Shown piece after piece: positions 13,213 through 22,327 of a stretch of DNA of 64,000 nt. Under the pieces are notes generated by a model. That model did no database searches and had not been told where the DNA came from. It was given only the letters and a program-made list of their open reading frames with translations. Source of the stretch: Vicinamibacteria bacterium (GTDB taxonomy: Bacteria; Acidobacteriota; Vicinamibacteria; Vicinamibacterales; UBA8438); contig CAUZDS010000015.1 of assembly GCA_963578725.1 (NCBI GenBank), positions 10,000-73,999 on the forward strand. Direction: 5' to 3'. Position 1 is the first letter of the stretch; each line of letters begins with the position of its first letter. A program made the position numbers and the translations under genes.

Positions 13213-14247
13213 TCATGCCAAGGGTCCCGTTGCCTTCGACCCGCGCTTTATCTGGCCTGGACGGCGTTGCCTCTCGGTCATGCGCCAGTAGTCCAGCAGA
13301 TCTGAAAGTGTTCGGGAGAGCGGGATCGAAGGTGACCATCCGATGTCGCGGGTGATCTTTGACCGGTTGCCCAGTAGCAGCGGATTGTCGTCCGGCCGCG
13401 TGCGGGTGGCGTCCTGCCGGACTGACACGCTGACAGCCGCTTTGGCCAGCAGGATGTCGAGGACCTCTTCGATCCGGTACAGTTTGCCGGAGCACACGTT
13501 GTAGGGTGTGGCGGGCGTGCCCCCGGTCATGAGGAGCTGGTAGGCACGTACCGTGTCCCGTACGTCCGTCAGGTCCCGGCGCGCCGCGAGATTACCGACC
13601 GCCAGAACCGGTTCGGCCCGCCCCGCCTCGATCCGCGCGATCTGCGCGGCAAAACTCGAGGCCGCGTACGAAAGCGCCTGACCCGGGCCGAGGTGGGTGA
13701 ACGAGCGGCTCAGAAGCACGGTCGTGCCATCCTGCCGGGCTGCGGCGAGCCCGAGCATTTCCTGGGCGAGCTTGCTCAGCCCGTAGGGGCTGACGGGACC
13801 CAGGGGTGCCGTCTCGTCGAGCGCCGAGCCCGACGGCCGGTAGACGAGCGCCGAGCCAGGGATGAGCACACGCGCGGACGCGCCATGGTCGCGCAGCGCG
13901 CCGAGCAGGTGCTCGGTACCCAGGACGTTGGACAGCAGCGTCGTGTGGCTGTTTGACCAGGACGCGCCGACGTTCGCGACGCCGGCGCAGTGATAGACCT
14001 GCGTCGGTCGAATCTCTTCCATCGCGCGCCTTATCGCCTGTTGGTCGAGTAGATCTACCTCGCGCCAGGTGACGCGGTCACCAGCCGGGGCGGGCCTCGG
14101 CGGTGCCTGGTCCGGCCGCGCACCGGCTCCGGCAGGTCGGCGCCAGGCCACGAGGGTTGCGTCCACCGCGGTGGTGGAATCCAGCAAGGTGAGTAGATGA
14201 CTGCCGACAAAGCCGGCCGCCCCGGTGACGAGGATCGTGTCCGCCAT
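13213..14247 (-). CDS. NAD-dependent nucleotide-sugar epimerase/reductase (GDP-mannose dehydratase/Rmd-like)
   Basis: GAAGFVG Rossmann motif, SPYGLSK (YxxxK), HLGPGQ, GNLAARRDLTDVRD. Confidence 0.85.
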   Translation of the reverse strand: MADTILVTGAAGFVGSHLLTLLDSTTAVDATLVAWRRPAGAGARPDQAPPRPAPAGDRVTWREVDLLDQQAIRRAMEEIRPTQVYHCAGVANVGASWSNSHTTLLSNVLGTEHLLGALRDHGASARVLIPGSALVYRPSGSALDETAPLGPVSPYGLSKLAQEMLGLAAARQDGTTVLLSRSFTHLGPGQALSYAASSFAAQIARIEAGRAEPVLAVGNLAARRDLTDVRDTVRAYQLLMTGGTPATPYNVCSGKLYRIEEVLDILLAKAAVSVSVRQDATRTRPDDNPLLLGNRSKITRDIGWSPSIPLSRTLSDLLDYWRMTERQRRPGQIKRGSKATGPLA

Positions 14248-14258
14248 CCAAGATTAGC

Positions 14259-14350
14259 GTGGGGCTTCACCCCACACCCTGGCTCAATCGCTGGCGGGGG
14301 CCCTAACGCCTCGCGCCGCTCCCTCGCGGGTGCGCACGTGCGCGCCGTGC
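14259..14350. repeat. Palindromic intergenic element (REP/MITE-like; single copy in window)
   Basis: GTGGGG-cttca-CCCCAC hairpin followed by further self-complementary GC blocks such as GCGCACGTGCGC. Confidence 0.35.
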
Positions 14351-14480
14351 CCGTCGCCGGCGTGCCCGAACGAGCACAAGATTCGTGTTTGTGAGCGCAT
14401 CACGGGCTAAGTGGAGACCGGTACGGATCTGGGAGGCCGTCTGCCGTCAGATATCGGCCGTCGATGCCTGCGGCGGCGCC

Positions 14481-15578
14481 TCAGGCGTCTTCCGTCTGCT
14501 TTCCGCCTTCGCCGAGGCTTCGGCGGGCAGGACCGCCTTCCACCTTCCGCTGGTCTTCGTCCCTGCCCCGCCGGTCGTACTGCGTCTGGTAGTACGCGCG
14601 ATAGGCCGGATCGGCATCCTTGATCGGCCGCCACCACCACTCGTTGTCCCGATACCACTCGACCGTGGCCCGTAACCCGTCGAGAAACCGGTGCCGCGGC
14701 TTCCAGCCGAGCGCTCGTAGCTTCGTCGTGTCGAGCGAGTAGCGCCGGTCGTGACCCGGCCGATCCTGAACCGGCTCGATGAGCGAGCGCGGTCGGTCAA
14801 GGAGCTCCAGGATCCTGGTGGTGAGATCGATGTTCGTTACCTCGTTGCCGCCGCCGATGTTGTACACCTCGCCGTGTTCACCACGATCAATCAGCAGGTC
14901 GAGCGCCCGGCAGTGGTCCTCGACATGTAGCCAGTCCCGGATGTGCCGTCCGTCGCCATAGAGCGGCAATGGCATCTGTTCGATCGCATTGGTCACAAAG
15001 AGCGGGATGACCTTCTCGGGAAACTGACGCGGGCCGTAGTTGTTCGACGCTCGCGTGATGACCACCGGCACACCGTGGCTGGCCCAGTAGCTGTACGCCA
15101 GCCGGTCAGCTGCGGCCTTGCTTGCCGCGTACGGATTGCGCGGCCTGATCTCATCATACTCCGTGCTGGAACCCGTCTCGACACTGCCATAGACCTCGTC
15201 GGTGGAGATCTGTACGAAGCGCCGCAGACGGGGCGCATGACGCGCGGCGTCGAGCAGCACGAAGCTGCCGTAGACGTCGGTCGTGATGAAAGTGCCGGCT
15301 TCGTGCAGGGAGCGGTCCACGTGGGTCTCGGCGGCGAAGTGCACGACGATGTCGGCGCCCCGCACGAGCGGTCCGGCGACCGCTGCGTCTGCGACGTCAC
15401 CCTGGACGAACCGGTGCCTGGGGTCGTTCATGACATCGCGCAAGTTCTCCGTGCGTCCGGCGTAAGTCAGCTTGTCGAGTGTGGTGATGTGCCAGTCGGA
15501 GTGCGTGGCGAGCGTGTGCAACACGAAGTTGCTGCCGATGAAGCCAGCCCCGCCGGTGACCAAGACCTCGACCGGCAT
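14481..15578 (-). CDS. rfbB: dTDP-glucose 4,6-dehydratase
   Basis: GGAGFIGSNF, DKLTYAG, HFAAETHVDRS, STDEVYG, PYAASK, NNYGPRQFPEK, DRPGHDRRY. Confidence 0.96.
   Translation of the reverse strand: MPVEVLVTGGAGFIGSNFVLHTLATHSDWHITTLDKLTYAGRTENLRDVMNDPRHRFVQGDVADAAVAGPLVRGADIVVHFAAETHVDRSLHEAGTFITTDVYGSFVLLDAARHAPRLRRFVQISTDEVYGSVETGSSTEYDEIRPRNPYAASKAAADRLAYSYWASHGVPVVITRASNNYGPRQFPEKVIPLFVTNAIEQMPLPLYGDGRHIRDWLHVEDHCRALDLLIDRGEHGEVYNIGGGNEVTNIDLTTRILELLDRPRSLIEPVQDRPGHDRRYSLDTTKLRALGWKPRHRFLDGLRATVEWYRDNEWWWRPIKDADPAYRAYYQTQYDRRGRDEDQRKVEGGPARRSLGEGGKQTEDA
14502..14531. repeat. REP-like palindrome, copy 1 (inside the 3' end of rfbB)
   Basis: TCCGCCTTCGCCGAGGCTTCGGCGGGCAGG; a related copy lies at 41745. 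Confidence 0.6.
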
Positions 15579-15586
15579 CCCGCCGT

Positions 15587-16654
15587 CTACCATCGAATCC
15601 CGACCTCGGAGTTGTCCCCGAGCATGAAGCGGTATGCTGACGGCTTGACCGGCTGCCGGTAGATTCGCACGTTACGGCCGATCAGGCTGTCTATGATCCG
15701 GTTGGAAAGGTCGCTGATCACGCTGCCTTCCAGAACGATGCTGTGTTCGATCTCCGAGTCCCTAATCTCGACGTCGTTCATGATCGACGTGAACGGCCCG
15801 ACGTAGGCCTGCTCGATCCGGGCTTTGGCGCCAATGATGGCCGGTCCGCGCACCACCGATCGGCGGATTTGGGCCCCCTCTTCCACAACCACTTTGCCCT
15901 CTACGCGGGAGTCCGCGTCGACGGTTCCGTCGATGCGGCGCTCGAACGTGTCGAGGATCAGCCGGTTCGCCTCGAGCATGTCATCCAGCTTGCCTGTGTC
16001 CTTCCACCAGCCATCCACCAGATGTGGTCGCACGACACAGCCACGGTCGATCAGGTTCTGGATCGCGTCGGTGATTTCGAGCTCGTTCCGGGCGCTGGGT
16101 GTGATGAGTTTGACCGACTCCAGGATCTCCGGTCCAAACATGTAGACACCGACCAGCGCCAGATCGCTCTTCGGCTCTTGCGGCTTTTCGACCAGACGCG
16201 TGACCTTCCCGTCGGCGAGTTCCGCGACGCCGAACATCTGGGGGTCCTGCACCCTGGTGAGCAGGATCTGCGCCGACGGCTTGGTGCGTACGAACTCATC
16301 GACAAACGGAGTGATTCCCTTGTTCAGCAGGTTGTCGCCCAGATACATGACGAACGGCTCGTCACCCAGGAACGGTTCGCTGATGAGCACGGCATGGGCG
16401 AGCCCAAGGGGGGCGTCCTGCTCGATGTAAGTGACCGTCACGCCCCAGCGCGCGCCGTTGCCGACAGCAGTCCGGATCTCATCGTGGGTATCGCCGACCA
16501 CGATGCCGATATCCCGGATCCCCGCGGCCGCGAGCGCTTCGATGCCGTAGAACAGGACCGGTTTGTTAGCGACCGGCACGAGCTGTTTGGCGCGCGTGTA
16601 GGTCAGTGGCCGCAACCGGCTCCCCTTGCCGCCGCTCAGGACTAGGCCCTTCAT
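15587..16654 (-). CDS. rfbA: Glucose-1-phosphate thymidylyltransferase (long form)
   Basis: GGKGSRLRPLT, KQLVPVANKP, PLGLAHA, YLGDN, ELEITDAI, WWKDTG, C-terminal beta-helix-like region. Confidence 0.93.
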   Translation of the reverse strand: MKGLVLSGGKGSRLRPLTYTRAKQLVPVANKPVLFYGIEALAAAGIRDIGIVVGDTHDEIRTAVGNGARWGVTVTYIEQDAPLGLAHAVLISEPFLGDEPFVMYLGDNLLNKGITPFVDEFVRTKPSAQILLTRVQDPQMFGVAELADGKVTRLVEKPQEPKSDLALVGVYMFGPEILESVKLITPSARNELEITDAIQNLIDRGCVVRPHLVDGWWKDTGKLDDMLEANRLILDTFERRIDGTVDADSRVEGKVVVEEGAQIRRSVVRGPAIIGAKARIEQAYVGPFTSIMNDVEIRDSEIEHSIVLEGSVISDLSNRIIDSLIGRNVRIYRQPVKPSAYRFMLGDNSEVGIRW

Positions 16655-18942
16655 GGCTGCGCGCCGGTTCCCACGCCGAATGCGCCCAACATGTTCGAGA
16701 ACGTGCCGAGGCCGGCGAGCGTGAACGAGAGGTTGAGGCGGCGGTCCCGGTCGACCCGCACGCGGGCGCCGAGCCCCTCGAGGTTAAACGACTGATACTC
16801 GACGCTCACACCGCAGCACTGCGCGTTGTAGTACGCGAGCACGCGTTGTTGCAGGTGCCGGCCGCGCTGTAGGTCGTAGTTGAACTGGTAGACTCCCCCG
16901 AGCCGGTTGTCCAGCGTGCGCAGGTTGGTGAAGGAGTTCAGGTAGTGGTCGAGGGTGTCGCGGTCGTTGAACCCGGGCAGTTCCTCGATGAAGCGCCGCT
17001 GGCTCCAGCCGGCCGTCTGGTGGAGCCAGCCACTCAACCCGATATTGGCGTCCGCAGCGATGCTTCGCAGTGCCCCGAACTGCGTATCGTACTCGGCCCG
17101 GAGCGTGCCGGAGAGATCACGGGTCAGGCCGGCGCGCACGATCAGCGCCAGCGGCGAGTAGTTGCTCGGCAGCGTGCCCTGGAAGCTGGTCTGGAACTGC
17201 CGGTCGAACTGGGCGGCGTTGTCGTCCGTGTAGTAGCTCTGCTCGATCGACACGGCCAGGATCTCCTGCGCCACTGACGGGCCGCTCTCCTCGGCGCGCC
17301 GGGCATAGAGGCGGTTGTTCAGACCGTAGCGGATCTGCGTGAGGTTGCCGACGATCGAGTCGGTGCCCTCTAGCTGCACAATCTGGTCAAAGCTGTCGAT
17401 CGCCGTGGTCCGCTGGATGTTGACCCACGGCTCGATGACGTGCTTCATCCGCTCCGAGTAGGCGCTGTTCGGCGTGTCCCAAACCTTGACGAAGACTGGG
17501 CCGGTGATCTGGGTCTGCATTTCCACGAACGACCGGGAGACCCCGTTTTCCACCTGGACCAACTCGTCGACGCTCTCGGTCCAGTAGGTCTGACGCCAGG
17601 CGACTGACGAATTCAGAGTCAAGAACGGCCAGCGGGTGAACGGTACCCGGACCAAGGGGTTCACGTCGATCCGGTTCAGCCCAGACTCGATCTCCTGATT
17701 GTCGAACCTCGAACGGCGCAGCAGATTGGCGTACTCGCTCGTGAAGCCCACGTAGATCGACGAGCCGAATAGCGGTCGCTCCGACTGGTTGAACGAGATC
17801 CGTGGGCCGGTCCCGTGGAGCGTTGCCTGCGTGTCTCCGAAGAACGTCTCAATGACATCCCCGGTGCCGCTGAGGGTATACGCGCCCCACGAACCCGTCA
17901 CGTTGCCGCCGAAGCTCCGCGACCGGTTGGATGCTTCGTAAATGTTGGTGTGAAAAGTCTGCTCGACGGTGATATCCGAGAAGTAGTCGACTTGACCGCG
18001 GGCCGTCAGCGCGTCAGAAATGCGGTGCCGTGCCGCGCCGCGCAGATTGTAGCTGTGCCGCTCAGGAATCGTCGTCTCGCCGGTTCCGGCGCCTAACAGG
18101 TCGACGACGGTCGTCTCGCGCTCTTTGAGCAGGTAGGTCCTCGCGTTGCCGCGCGACCCCGGGCCCAACACATAGCGATATTCGGCGCCGAGCCCTTGAC
18201 CCGTGGATGAGAACCAGTCGTGAAAGATGGTAGCGTCATGGCTGCGGTTGACCGCCCAGAAGAACGCGTTGCTGATCGACTGCCCCCGGATGGTCGAGGC
18301 GCCGTAAGTTGGAATCAGGAACCCCGTGGCCCGTTCGTCCTCCTGGATGGGGTAATACATGACCGGCAGGTAGAACAACGGCACGCCCTTGACCGTCAGC
18401 ACCGAGTTGCGCATCACAGCGTATTCGTCGAGATTGATCGTCACCGAGCTGGCCTTCACTTCCCAGCGTGGGGTCGGCTGGACGCACGACGTGAACCCGC
18501 CGCGGGTGAGCCGATAGATCCGCGGGCCGACCCGCTCGATGATCTCGCCCCAGAACTGCATCTCGGGTTCCTGGGTGCCGAACATGCTACGTTCGACATC
18601 CTCGATCAGCCGCGTCGACCCAGTGGCGTTGTAGAAGGTGCCGGTCACCGAGTCGATGTCGAACTCGACACGGTCGGCCGCGATCCGCCCTCCCTCGGCG
18701 GTGAACACGACATTGCCAGACGCGACCAGCCGCGACTCGTCGGTGAAAATGTCTATCTGGTCAGCGTAGAACTGCCACGCGCCGCCGTCGATCTCCACCT
18801 CACCGGTCAGCCTGGTGTGGTTGTTGGTGAGCTGTTCGAGACGGAACTGCCGCGATGCGTCGACGCCGGGCAGATTCTGGGCGCTTGCCGAGACGACGGT
18901 CACGACGAGGATGAGGAAGCCGAATAAGGTAAAGCGAATCAT
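16651..18942 (-). CDS. lptD: LPS-assembly outer-membrane protein LptD
   Basis: Signal peptide from ATG 18942, OstA-like N-domain, FTSC..P, VPLFYLP, GFLIP, C-terminal YNAQCC beta-barrel end. Confidence 0.85.
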   Translation of the reverse strand: MIRFTLFGFLILVVTVVSASAQNLPGVDASRQFRLEQLTNNHTRLTGEVEIDGGAWQFYADQIDIFTDESRLVASGNVVFTAEGGRIAADRVEFDIDSVTGTFYNATGSTRLIEDVERSMFGTQEPEMQFWGEIIERVGPRIYRLTRGGFTSCVQPTPRWEVKASSVTINLDEYAVMRNSVLTVKGVPLFYLPVMYYPIQEDERATGFLIPTYGASTIRGQSISNAFFWAVNRSHDATIFHDWFSSTGQGLGAEYRYVLGPGSRGNARTYLLKERETTVVDLLGAGTGETTIPERHSYNLRGAARHRISDALTARGQVDYFSDITVEQTFHTNIYEASNRSRSFGGNVTGSWGAYTLSGTGDVIETFFGDTQATLHGTGPRISFNQSERPLFGSSIYVGFTSEYANLLRRSRFDNQEIESGLNRIDVNPLVRVPFTRWPFLTLNSSVAWRQTYWTESVDELVQVENGVSRSFVEMQTQITGPVFVKVWDTPNSAYSERMKHVIEPWVNIQRTTAIDSFDQIVQLEGTDSIVGNLTQIRYGLNNRLYARRAEESGPSVAQEILAVSIEQSYYTDDNAAQFDRQFQTSFQGTLPSNYSPLALIVRAGLTRDLSGTLRAEYDTQFGALRSIAADANIGLSGWLHQTAGWSQRRFIEELPGFNDRDTLDHYLNSFTNLRTLDNRLGGVYQFNYDLQRGRHLQQRVLAYYNAQCCGVSVEYQSFNLEGLGARVRVDRDRRLNLSFTLAGLGTFSNMLGAFGVGTGAQP

Positions 18943-19076
18943 CCGACCGGCGGGGGCGCGTCTTCGGACGACGGTGTGGCGATCCTCACGAGAACACCCG
19001 AAGCGTATCACGCTCGGCAGTCCGTAATGTGCGCCCGGTGTGGCGCCGAGGGCGACGGTCCATGCAGCCCGCCTCC

Positions 19077-20375
19077 TCATCGCGAGCTGCCAGACCGCTC
19101 GATCGCCGCGAGAACCTCGCCGACGAGGAAGATGGAACCGGTCACGCACACGGTGACCGACATTCGCCAAGCAGCCTCGACCGCCCGCCAGGGAGCGCGG
19201 TCGAGGGTCACCGGTATCGACCCGGCGAGCCGTCGCACCCGCTCGGCGAGCACGGCCGCCGGGATTGCCCTCGGGGTGTCCGGTGCGGTGCAGACGAACC
19301 CCGTGGCGCACGGGGCAAGCGAGGCGACGATGCCGTTGACGTCCTTGTCCTCCATAGCTCCGAGTACGATCGGGAGTCCGGCCGGAAATGCCCCACGAAG
19401 GTGGGTCGAGAGTGCGGCCGCTGCGGGCGGGTTGTGCGCGGCGTCGAGCAGGATCGCGCCGCGATCACCGACCCGCACCAGGTCCAGGCGGCCCGGCCAG
19501 ACGACGCTGGTGAGCCCGATGACGATGGCATCGACGCCGACCGGTATACCGATGTCCTCGAGCGTCTCGAGGAGGCGGAGAGCGCCGGTCGCGTTCGACA
19601 CTTGATGCGCGCCGGCGAGCCCCAATCTGAACGCTGGATACGCACGCCGCGGTGTTGTGATCCGGATCGCCGGAGGGTCGCCGTGCTGGGCGACCGCGAC
19701 CTCGGTGTCCTGGTCGGCGCGTACTAACCGCGCGCCACGCTGCTTGCAGACCGCCTCAAAGAGTGCCACCACGGCCGGCGTCGTCTCGGTCGTCACGACG
19801 ATTATTCCCGGCTTGATGACACCGGCCTTCTCGCGGGCGATCGCCTCGAGCGTGTCGCCGAGATACTGCCGGTGCTCCAGTCCGATCGCAGTGATGACAG
19901 CGGCGACTGGAGTCACGATGTTCGTCGCGTCGAACCGACCGCCCAGCCCGACTTCGAGCAGTGCCAGCTCCACGCCTGCACGGCGGAACCAGGACAGCGC
20001 CATCGCCGTCGTCGCTTCGAAGAACGTCGGCGGGTCTGACAGCCGGCCGTCGGCTAATAGCCGATCGACCTGCTCGTGGAGCTGGACCGCTTCCAGCCGG
20101 AGCTCCTGCTCCGAGATCACGGCGCCGTCGACGACGAAACGCTCGGCCAGGGTCTTGAGATGCGGTGATGTGTAGCGCCCGACCCGATGTCCGGCGGCGC
20201 GCAGCGCGCTGTCGACCATCGCCACGACAGACCCTTTGCCGTTGGTACCAGCCACGATAACGGTCCGATACGCCGACTGCGGGTCGCCCAGTGTTTCGGT
20301 GAGTAGGCGGATGGTGTCCAGCCCCGGTTTGATGCCGAAGCGCTCGAGTGCGAACAGGGCGTCCAGCGGGTCCAT
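19077..20375 (-). CDS. folC: Folylpolyglutamate synthase/dihydrofolate synthase
   Basis: AGTNGKGS, YTSPHL, TFFE, EVGLGGRFDATN, WPGR, DAAHNP, TGSIFLVGE. Confidence 0.96.
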   Translation of the reverse strand: MDPLDALFALERFGIKPGLDTIRLLTETLGDPQSAYRTVIVAGTNGKGSVVAMVDSALRAAGHRVGRYTSPHLKTLAERFVVDGAVISEQELRLEAVQLHEQVDRLLADGRLSDPPTFFEATTAMALSWFRRAGVELALLEVGLGGRFDATNIVTPVAAVITAIGLEHRQYLGDTLEAIAREKAGVIKPGIIVVTTETTPAVVALFEAVCKQRGARLVRADQDTEVAVAQHGDPPAIRITTPRRAYPAFRLGLAGAHQVSNATGALRLLETLEDIGIPVGVDAIVIGLTSVVWPGRLDLVRVGDRGAILLDAAHNPPAAAALSTHLRGAFPAGLPIVLGAMEDKDVNGIVASLAPCATGFVCTAPDTPRAIPAAVLAERVRRLAGSIPVTLDRAPWRAVEAAWRMSVTVCVTGSIFLVGEVLAAIERSGSSR

Positions 20376-20400
20376 GTGTTGCGGCCGGCCGAGGAGCGCG

Positions 20401-21324
20401 TCAGTCTGGCGCCAACACCGGCGGCGTCGTGTCGTGTACGGTCTGGGGCGGAACGGTCTCGCCGGGCGCGGTCGCGACCGGGGCCGCGCCCATGAAGCGC
20501 AGCGTTCTGCCGAGGGTGGTCCTGAGCTTCCGGCGGTCCACGATCATGTCGAGCATGCCGTGCTCGAGCAGGAACTCGCTACGTTGAAAGCCCGTCGGGA
20601 GCTTCTGGCGGATAGTCTGCTCGATCACCCGCGGACCGGCGAAGCCGATCAGTGCCCCCGGTTCCGCGATGCTGATGTCGGAGAGCATTGCGAAGCTCGC
20701 CGTTACCCCTCCGGTGGTGGGGTCGGTAAGCACGGCGACATAAGGCACGCGGGCGCGATCGAGCCGCGCGAGCGTAACGCTGATCTTCGCCATCTGCATC
20801 AGCGAGAGCGTACCCTCCATCATCCGGGCGCCACCCGAACAGCAAATGACGACCAGCGGCTGGCGGTGCGCAATCGAACGTTCCGCAGCTCGCGTGATCT
20901 TCTCGCCCACCACCACGCCCATGCTGCCGCCGATGAAGCCGTACTCCATGGCGACGATCTCCACGGCCAGCCCTTCGATGGCGCCGGTGGCCGTGATCAC
21001 CGCGTCGCGCAGCCCGGTGGCGGCCATTCCCTCCCGCAGGCGGTTCACGTAGGGTTTCCGGTCGGTGAATTTCAGCGGGTCATTCGAGACCAGGCCGGCG
21101 TCGTGCTCGTGCCAGACGCCATCGTCGAGCAGCGAACGCAGCCGTGCGGCTGCGTCGAGTCGAAAATGGTGGGCGCACTTCGGGCAGACGCTCAGGCTCG
21201 CGGCGAGATCCTTGTTGTAGAGAATCTGCGCACACCCCGGACATTTGATCCAGAGCCCCTCCGGCACCCGGCTGGGCTCGGTCGGCGCCGTCATCGGCCG
21301 TCTTGCCTTCTTGAACCACGCCAT
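20401..21324 (-). CDS. accD: Acetyl-CoA carboxylase carboxyltransferase beta subunit
   Basis: PEGLWIKCPGC...CPKC zinc finger, GGSMGVVVGEK, SGGARM, PTTGGVTAS, FAGPRVIEQT. Confidence 0.97.
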   Translation of the reverse strand: MAWFKKARRPMTAPTEPSRVPEGLWIKCPGCAQILYNKDLAASLSVCPKCAHHFRLDAAARLRSLLDDGVWHEHDAGLVSNDPLKFTDRKPYVNRLREGMAATGLRDAVITATGAIEGLAVEIVAMEYGFIGGSMGVVVGEKITRAAERSIAHRQPLVVICCSGGARMMEGTLSLMQMAKISVTLARLDRARVPYVAVLTDPTTGGVTASFAMLSDISIAEPGALIGFAGPRVIEQTIRQKLPTGFQRSEFLLEHGMLDMIVDRRKLRTTLGRTLRFMGAAPVATAPGETVPPQTVHDTTPPVLAPD

Positions 21325-21358
21325 GCGCCGAGCTTACCCCAGGTGAGCGGCCCAGGCG

Positions 21359-21997
21359 TCATCGCGGCACGTAGTACCGGGTGCCCTGGCCCATGCCGTG
21401 CACCTGCTTCAATAGGTCGCCGAGTGCCGCGTCGCCCCACTCGAGATCGAGGTGAGCGGCTTCGACGACCAGAAGGGGTGTCGAGCCGTAGTGGAAGAAG
21501 AAATGAGTATAGGCTTCGTTCAGCTCGCGCAGATACTCCGGGTCGGGTGGAGTTTGGCCATCCTCCCGGTATTCTCGCTCCCGCGACCGCACACGGCGCT
21601 GTAGCGCGTCGGTGGGGACCTGGAGGTAGATAGCGAGATCAGGTGGGACGACATCGGACACCAGGAGATCGTAGAGCCGCTGGTAGATGAATAATTCGTT
21701 GTCGTCCAGGTTCAGGTAGGCGTAGATTTTATCTTTGTCGAACAGGTAATCTGAGACGGTCCGCTGGCTGAAGAGGCTCGTCTGACGTAAGCCGACCTGC
21801 TGACGGTGACGGGCCAGCAGCGAAAACAGCTGGGTCTGGAACGCGGCGCCCGGTCGATCGGCGGCGAAATCGGCGAGGAAGGGGTTGTCGGTGTCGTCGA
21901 GTACCACCTTCGCGTCGAGACGGGCGCCCAGCCGCGCCGCGAGCGCCGATTTCCCGACTCCAATCGGGCCTTCGATCGCGATATGACGGAATTCCAA
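21359..21997 (-). CDS. Deoxynucleoside kinase family protein
   Basis: TTG start (LEFRHIAIEGPIGVGKS, P-loop), PDLAIYLQ, YLRELNEAY; extended -10 TGGTATAAT 9 nt upstream. Confidence 0.88.
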   Translation of the reverse strand: MEFRHIAIEGPIGVGKSALAARLGARLDAKVVLDDTDNPFLADFAADRPGAAFQTQLFSLLARHRQQVGLRQTSLFSQRTVSDYLFDKDKIYAYLNLDDNELFIYQRLYDLLVSDVVPPDLAIYLQVPTDALQRRVRSREREYREDGQTPPDPEYLRELNEAYTHFFFHYGSTPLLVVEAAHLDLEWGDAALGDLLKQVHGMGQGTRYYVPR

Positions 21998-22327
21998 CTT
22001 GCCGCGATTATACCAGTCAGGGCGGCCGGTCCGCCTCCGGTGAAACCGCTGGCCGGCCGGCCTCGACGCGTCCGAACCGCGTGATATCATGCGCCGACGC
22101 TGGAGTGTTCCGAGTCGGAGAATCGAGACGGATTTCTGACGAGGGACAGCAGCGAAGCTCCACCCCAAACCGGTCGGACGAGGGCGGGCTGCTGCACCGC
22201 CGCCAGGCTTATATGCCGGCCTCGCTCCGCTCGGGTTGGACATCTCGACTCGGGTGGCGGAAAACGTGTTTCAAGCGCGACGGCGTCGCCTGTTCAAGAT
22301 GTCTAGCTGACGTGCTTGCCGCTACCG

